Part shown: piece by piece, positions 58,948 through 64,000 of the stretch | How positions within the stretch are numbered: the stretch's first letter is position 1 | Layout of the letters: each line of letters starts with the position of its first letter | Made by a program: the position numbers and the translations under genes | The notes under the pieces: generated by a model | The model's input: only the letters and a program-made list of their open reading frames with translations | What the model was told of the DNA's origin: nothing | Databases searched by the model: none | Source of the DNA: an uncultured Gemmatimonadales bacterium | GTDB lineage: Bacteria > Gemmatimonadota > Gemmatimonadetes > Longimicrobiales > RSA9 | Assembly (NCBI GenBank): GCA_963798085.1 | Contig: CAWCRS010000008.1 | Location: 160,001-224,000, forward strand | Length of the DNA stretch: 64,000 nucleotides | Reading direction: 5' to 3'

Positions 58948-61900
58948 ATGGCCTGCCCCTACTGCGACGTCGCACGCGATCGCTGCTTCTACACGGGCGA
59001 GCTCGTCGTTGGATTCTGGCATGAGAACGGTGCTGGCGGTTCTGATCCGATGGCTCTGGTGGTCACTCGCCGGCATGTCGCAAGCTGGTTCGACGCGAGC
59101 ATGCCGGAACAGGCAGAGCTGGCTCGAGCTCTGGCAGTGGCACGCATGGAGCTTGCGCGCATCCACGCCTTCCCGGGCTTCCGCATTTCCATAGACATTG
59201 GCGTCGCCGCAGGTCAGGCAGTTCCGCACCTCGCCGTTCAGCTCCGACCGTATCGCGCACGCGACGGGCTATCCGGTGTTGACGCTGACTCGCCGAACGA
59301 CGCTCGCCTGGCGGGCGTGCGTTCGCAGACGTCAGCGGATGTGCCGCATGCGCGCGCCCTCGTGCGTGGCGGCGAAGACGATCCACTGCTGCCGCACCTG
59401 CTCGCCTGTCTCGATGGCGCTCGCAACGTCGATATTGCGGTTGCCTTCACCATGGAGAGTGGTGTGCGCGCGCTGGACGAGCATCTGCGCGACGTGCTCG
59501 ATGGCGGCGGACGAGTCCGCATTGTGACCGGGGACTATCTCGGCATTACGGAACCCCGCGCATTGCTGCGACTCCTCGATCTGCAGGGGGACTTGCAGCT
59601 GCGTGCCTTCGAGAGCGGCGGCCTCAGTTTCCATCCGAAGGCATACATCGTAACCGACCGCGCTGGGGCAGGCACGGCCTTTGTTGGCAGCTCCAACCTC
59701 AGCGAAACCGCGCTGCGCGGCGGCGTGGAATGGAACTACCGTGTCATCACGTCGCGGGACCGGGCCGGGTTTGGCGACGTGGTGGATGCATTCGACAGAC
59801 TCTTCTCGGATCCGCGCTGCGCTCGCGTTGATGCGGCGTGGGTGCGCCGCTACGAAGCGCGCCGTACGCCGCCGCTGCCCGATCGCACCGGCATCGCCGT
59901 CGAGCCACTATTGCCACCGCCCGAGCCGCACCCGATTCAGCGGCAGGCGCTCGCTGCGCTCGAGGCGACACGCGCCGAGGGAAACAGTGCCGGCCTCGTT
60001 GTGCTCGCAACCGGTCTGGGCAAGACGTGGCTGAGCGCATTCGACAGCCAGCGTCCGGAGTATCCCCGTGTACTCTTCGTGGCGCACCGCGAAGAGATTC
60101 TGGCCCAGGCGATGAACACGTTTCGGCGGATCCGGCCGGCTGCCACACTCGGCTACTACACCGGCAGGGAGAAGACGGCTGACGCCGATGTGCTGTTTGC
60201 GTCCATCCAGACACTGGCACGAAGCGAGCACCTGCAGCGTTTCGGCCGGCGTCAGTTCGACTACGTCATTGTCGACGAGTTTCACCACGCCGCAGCGAGT
60301 TCGTACCGCAAGCTGATCAACTACCTCGAACCGAAGTTCCTGCTCGGACTGACCGCGACGCCGGAGCGCACGGATGGCGGCGACCTGCTTTCGCTGTGTG
60401 GCGACAACCTGGTGTACCGCTGCGATGTGGCGGAAGGCATCCGCCAGGGGTTGCTCTCCCCGTTCGCCTACTTCGGTGTTCCGGACGATGTGGACTACGA
60501 GAACATTCCCTGGCGCAGCAACCGCTTCGACGAGACCGAGCTGACCAACGCACTCGCCACGGAGAAGCGGGCCGGCAATGCACTCGAGCAGTTGCAGCGC
60601 CACGGCGGGCGGCGCGCTCTTGCCTTCTGCGCCTCGCAGCGACACGCGGATTTCATGGCGCGCTTCTTCAACGGTGCGGGCCTTCGCGCGGCTGCCGTCC
60701 ACGCTGGAGCAGACTCGGCACCGCGTGCCCGTTCGCTGGAGCGCCTTGAGGCCGGCGACCTCGACGTGGTGTGCGCCGTCGACATGTTCAACGAGGGCGT
60801 CGACCTGCCCAGGGTCGACACCGTTCTCATGCTGCGGCCTACGGAATCGCGCATCGTGTGGCTGCAGCAATTCGGTCGCGGTCTGCGCTACGTTCCCGAC
60901 AAGCAGCTCAAGGTTATCGACTACATCGGGAACCATCGCGTCTTCCTGACGAAGACGCGAGCACTGCTCAACCTCGGTGACTCGAATCGCGATGTCGCCT
61001 ACGCTCTCGACCAGCTGGAGAAAGGCACGCTCGAGTTGCCGCCCGGCTGCGCCGTAACCTACGACCTCGATGTAGTGAGGATACTGCGGGCGCTCGTTCA
61101 GCCCGCGCAGGTGCACCAGCTGCTGGAGACGTTCTATCGCGAATTCCGGGAACGCCTCGGCCGCCGGCCACTCGCGCTGGAATTGTTCAACGAGGGTCTC
61201 GATCCGAAGAGCGTGCGGAAGCACCATGGTTCCTGGCTCGATTTCGTTCGCAACATGGGCGATTTCGATGCGCAGCAGGAGCAGGTGTGGAACGGGCTGC
61301 GCGATTTCCTGCGCGAACTCGAGGTCATGCCGCTCGTGCGTGCGGACCGGATGCTCGTGTTCCTGGCACTCGTCGGCATGGATGCGTTTCCGGGACATGC
61401 CGGGCTGGCTGCGGTCGCCGAGCGCGTCGCTGAGCTCGCGAAGCGCTGGGCGGTCGTACGTAACGAGATCGGCAACGCTGTGAACGATCGTACTGCGCTG
61501 CGAACGCTGCTGAACGGCGCTGTTGCGGAACTCACTCGCGACGGGAGGGCCGGTGGCGCATGGTTCACCTCTGACGGCGAATCACTGGCGAGTTCACCGG
61601 ATCTCGATGTGCCGCCCCATCTGCGGGAGACGATCCAGGACCTGGTGGGCGAAATCGCGGACTGGCGGATCGCCCAGTACGTACGGCGCACGTCGGCGTC
61701 AACGGCAGACCGCATCATCTGCAGCGTGAGCCACAGCGCCGGCCGTCCCATTCTGTTGCTGCCGTCGCGCGAGCGGCACGAGGGGATCCCCGAAGGCTGG
61801 CGCGATGTGGTCATCGAAGACAAACCGCACCAGGCGAATTTCGCCAGGATCGCCATTGGCGCCGTAACGGCACCGGAATCAGAGGAGAACATTCTGCCGG

Positions 61901-62487
61901 CGCTGCTTCAGAAGTGGTTCGGCCCGGACGCAGGAAAGCCGGGGCGTACGGATCGCGTGCTCTTCCGGCGTGCCGGCAATGAGTACGTGATGTCGCCGAT
62001 GGGCGACGACGAGGGGGGACGTCGGCCCGAGTTGTGGCAGCGCTACGCGCGGCGCGAGTTGCCCGCGCTACTAGGCTTTGAGTTTCAGAGCGGCGAGAAT
62101 CGGGACGGGGTGATCTACAGGGAGGACTTGATCATTCTGTTTGTGAATCTCGAGAAAGCGGACGCACCTGACACTCAGCGGTACGCCGATTATTTCGTTT
62201 CGCCAACGGAGTTCCATTGGCAGAGCCAAAGTACTACCTCTCGACGACACAAACGCGGCCGTCCGCTGGGCGAAAGCCGTGAAAAGGGAATCAAAGTGCA
62301 CCTATTCGTGCGCAGGTGGAAGAAGATTTCAAAGAACACGCAGCCATTCATTTACTGCGGCCCGGTCGAGTTCCTCCGCTGGGAAGGCGACAAGCCAATC
62401 AACGTCTGGTGGCAGCTGCGCGAGCCCGTTCCGGAGAACCTCTGGGTGGAACTGCAGATCCGGAGCCTGGATCCGCCGCCCACCTGA
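58948..62487 (+). CDS. Degenerate HIT + PLD nuclease + SF2 (DExH) helicase + DUF3427-like domain; SauUSI-like type IV restriction candidate
   Basis: CPYC...RRHVASWF...AAGQAVPHL (HIT-like); FHPKAY...GSSNLS...EWN (PLD); ATGLGKT, DEFHH, TATPER, MFNEGVD, QQFGRGLR (helicase); YADYF...FHWQSQS...VHLFVR...FIYCG...KPINVWWQL (DUF3427-like). Confidence 0.88.
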   Translation: MACPYCDVARDRCFYTGELVVGFWHENGAGGSDPMALVVTRRHVASWFDASMPEQAELARALAVARMELARIHAFPGFRISIDIGVAAGQAVPHLAVQLRPYRARDGLSGVDADSPNDARLAGVRSQTSADVPHARALVRGGEDDPLLPHLLACLDGARNVDIAVAFTMESGVRALDEHLRDVLDGGGRVRIVTGDYLGITEPRALLRLLDLQGDLQLRAFESGGLSFHPKAYIVTDRAGAGTAFVGSSNLSETALRGGVEWNYRVITSRDRAGFGDVVDAFDRLFSDPRCARVDAAWVRRYEARRTPPLPDRTGIAVEPLLPPPEPHPIQRQALAALEATRAEGNSAGLVVLATGLGKTWLSAFDSQRPEYPRVLFVAHREEILAQAMNTFRRIRPAATLGYYTGREKTADADVLFASIQTLARSEHLQRFGRRQFDYVIVDEFHHAAASSYRKLINYLEPKFLLGLTATPERTDGGDLLSLCGDNLVYRCDVAEGIRQGLLSPFAYFGVPDDVDYENIPWRSNRFDETELTNALATEKRAGNALEQLQRHGGRRALAFCASQRHADFMARFFNGAGLRAAAVHAGADSAPRARSLERLEAGDLDVVCAVDMFNEGVDLPRVDTVLMLRPTESRIVWLQQFGRGLRYVPDKQLKVIDYIGNHRVFLTKTRALLNLGDSNRDVAYALDQLEKGTLELPPGCAVTYDLDVVRILRALVQPAQVHQLLETFYREFRERLGRRPLALELFNEGLDPKSVRKHHGSWLDFVRNMGDFDAQQEQVWNGLRDFLRELEVMPLVRADRMLVFLALVGMDAFPGHAGLAAVAERVAELAKRWAVVRNEIGNAVNDRTALRTLLNGAVAELTRDGRAGGAWFTSDGESLASSPDLDVPPHLRETIQDLVGEIADWRIAQYVRRTSASTADRIICSVSHSAGRPILLLPSRERHEGIPEGWRDVVIEDKPHQANFARIAIGAVTAPESEENILPALLQKWFGPDAGKPGRTDRVLFRRAGNEYVMSPMGDDEGGRRPELWQRYARRELPALLGFEFQSGENRDGVIYREDLIILFVNLEKADAPDTQRYADYFVSPTEFHWQSQSTTSRRHKRGRPLGESREKGIKVHLFVRRWKKISKNTQPFIYCGPVEFLRWEGDKPINVWWQLREPVPENLWVELQIRSLDPPPT

Positions 62488-62683
62488 CCCGCTTGCCGGC
62501 GGAACCGACACCGGCCGCCCGGTCCCGCCGGTCTCACGGTCCGTCCCGCTGTCGTCAGCACCACCGCATTGACCGGCCGCCAGGAAATGCACAGTATTGC
62601 GCCGGCAGCACCCGCGACTGGCAGGACCATGCGCGCTCACGAAGCGCGCCCGAACCTACTAACACGATGTCAGGAGAATACGC

Positions 62684-63808
62684 ATGCCGAAGGCCACTGC
62701 CGGAATCGACGCCCGTAAAGGCAATGTCATCGTGATGATCGGCACCACCAAGGGCGCGTTCCTGCTCCATTCCGACGCCGCACGGAAAAGCTGGCGCATG
62801 GAAGGGCCGCACTTCGCCGGCGAGGAAGTCTACGCCGTCGCGCTGGACCAGCGGGGCGGCCGGCGCACGCTCTGGGCCGCGCCCGGCAATCCGTTCTTCG
62901 GCTGCACACTGCGCCGTTCCAATGACATGGGCGCAACCTGGTCGGGCAAGGAGGAGCGGCCGGTGCGCTTTCCGGAGGGCTCCGGTCTATCGCTCAAACG
63001 CATCTGGCAGATCCGGCCGGGCCATGAGGATCAGCCGGAGCACATGCTGATCGGTGTGGAGCCCACCTGCCTGTTCGAGAGTCACGACAGCGGCGACTCG
63101 TGGCAGCCGGTTGACGGACTCCTCAACCACGAGCACCGCCCGCGCTGGACACCGGGCGCCGGCGGCATGTGTCTGCACACGATCCTCCAGGACCCGGCGT
63201 CGCGCGAGCGCACCGTCATCGCCATGTCGACGGGCGGCGTCTACCGCACCGACAATGGCGGCCGCACGTGGCGCGCGCGCAATCAGGGTGTGCGCGCGCA
63301 GTTCCTGCCCGACAAGTATCCGGAGTTCGGACAGTGCGTGCACAAGATCGCGCAGCACCCGGCGAGGCCGGAACGGCTCTTCCTGCAGAATCACTGGGGG
63401 CTCTACCGCAGCACGGACTGGGGCGACACCTGGCAGGACATCGCCAATGGCGTGCCTTCCGACTTCGGCTTCGGCATGGCCATGCACCCGCACGATCCGG
63501 ACAGCGTGTACATCGTGCCGCTGGAGTCGGACATGTTCCGCTGCGTGCCCGAGGCCAAACTCCGTGTGTACCGGACGCGCAACGCAGGCGATTCCTGGGA
63601 GCCGGCATACGCCGGCATGCCGCAGCAGGATGCCTACGAGACCGTGCTGCGCGACAGCCTGACCACGGACACTCTCGATCCCGCGGGCATCTACTTCGGC
63701 ACGCGCAGCGGCAAGGTGTGGGGCTCTGCCAGCGAGGGCGAGGATTGGACGCTGATTCGCGAATCGCTGCCGTCCGTGACCTGCGTGAAGAGCGCGGTCA
63801 TCGCATGA
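62684..63808 (+). CDS. Cytoplasmic BNR/Asp-box (sialidase-like) beta-propeller protein
   Basis: CAGGAG RBS; IGTTKGAF, SNDMGATW, SHDSGDSW, TDNGGRTW, GQCVHKI, LQNHWGLYRS, PSDFGF. Confidence 0.85.
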   Translation: MPKATAGIDARKGNVIVMIGTTKGAFLLHSDAARKSWRMEGPHFAGEEVYAVALDQRGGRRTLWAAPGNPFFGCTLRRSNDMGATWSGKEERPVRFPEGSGLSLKRIWQIRPGHEDQPEHMLIGVEPTCLFESHDSGDSWQPVDGLLNHEHRPRWTPGAGGMCLHTILQDPASRERTVIAMSTGGVYRTDNGGRTWRARNQGVRAQFLPDKYPEFGQCVHKIAQHPARPERLFLQNHWGLYRSTDWGDTWQDIANGVPSDFGFGMAMHPHDPDSVYIVPLESDMFRCVPEAKLRVYRTRNAGDSWEPAYAGMPQQDAYETVLRDSLTTDTLDPAGIYFGTRSGKVWGSASEGEDWTLIRESLPSVTCVKSAVIA

Positions 63809-64000
63809 GCATCACGCTCCGCCTGCCGGCACCGCTGCGCGAGCTGGCCAGGGGCAGAGGCGAGCTGACGCTGCCGGCGCCTGCTGACAACGGTGTCATC
63901 ACCGTGGGCGATGCGTTCGCCGCGCTGCGCCGTGACTACCGTGCGGTCTATGATCGCATCATGACCGAGCAGGGCGAGCTGCGCCCGCACATCAATGTGT
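63805..64000 (+). CDS. MoaD/ThiS family ubiquitin-like protein (truncated by the window end)
   Basis: ATGA overlap with the previous stop; MSITLRLPAPLRELARG...TVGDAFAAL...IMTEQGELRPHINV. Confidence 0.75.
   Translation, partial: MSITLRLPAPLRELARGRGELTLPAPADNGVITVGDAFAALRRDYRAVYDRIMTEQGELRPHINV

Noticed and set aside
58948..62487. Type I/III restriction-modification Res subunit
   Set aside because: No methyltransferase or specificity gene is adjacent, and the PLD + DUF3427-like layout fits a stand-alone modification-dependent enzyme better.

Overview
High-GC bacterial window, gene-dense, with about 38 genes. The gene mix (VPS10/BNR propellers with Gly/Arg inserts, S9 peptidases, orphan ADOP-type permease, RCC1/Ig lipoproteins, Ser/Thr kinase-PD40) suggests Gemmatimonadota or Acidobacteriota; this is inference only. 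I found no rRNA, tRNA, CRISPR array, transposase or integrase. Main contents: a hybrid sensor kinase, a LytS/LytTR pair with MATE and a serine hydrolase, two paralogous S9 peptidase + VPS10/BNR modules, and an oxalate module (OxlT, PanE-like reductase, oxalate-CoA ligase-like). Further on are several proteases, an ECF sigma/anti-sigma/CHAT locus preceded by a Cys-His protease-like gene and a stand-alone copy of its N-terminal domain, and a tight NUDIX-SprT-(degenerate HIT/PLD/SF2 helicase/DUF3427) operon resembling an elaborated SauUSI-type type IV restriction system. About 16 single-base frameshifts break otherwise intact genes. Ten of them lie in or next to the motif GATGY/RCATC, and seven are the identical GATG->GAATG insertion. 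This looks like a basecalling artefact caused by a modified base, not real pseudogenisation. Domain calls rest on motif recognition; no searches were run.
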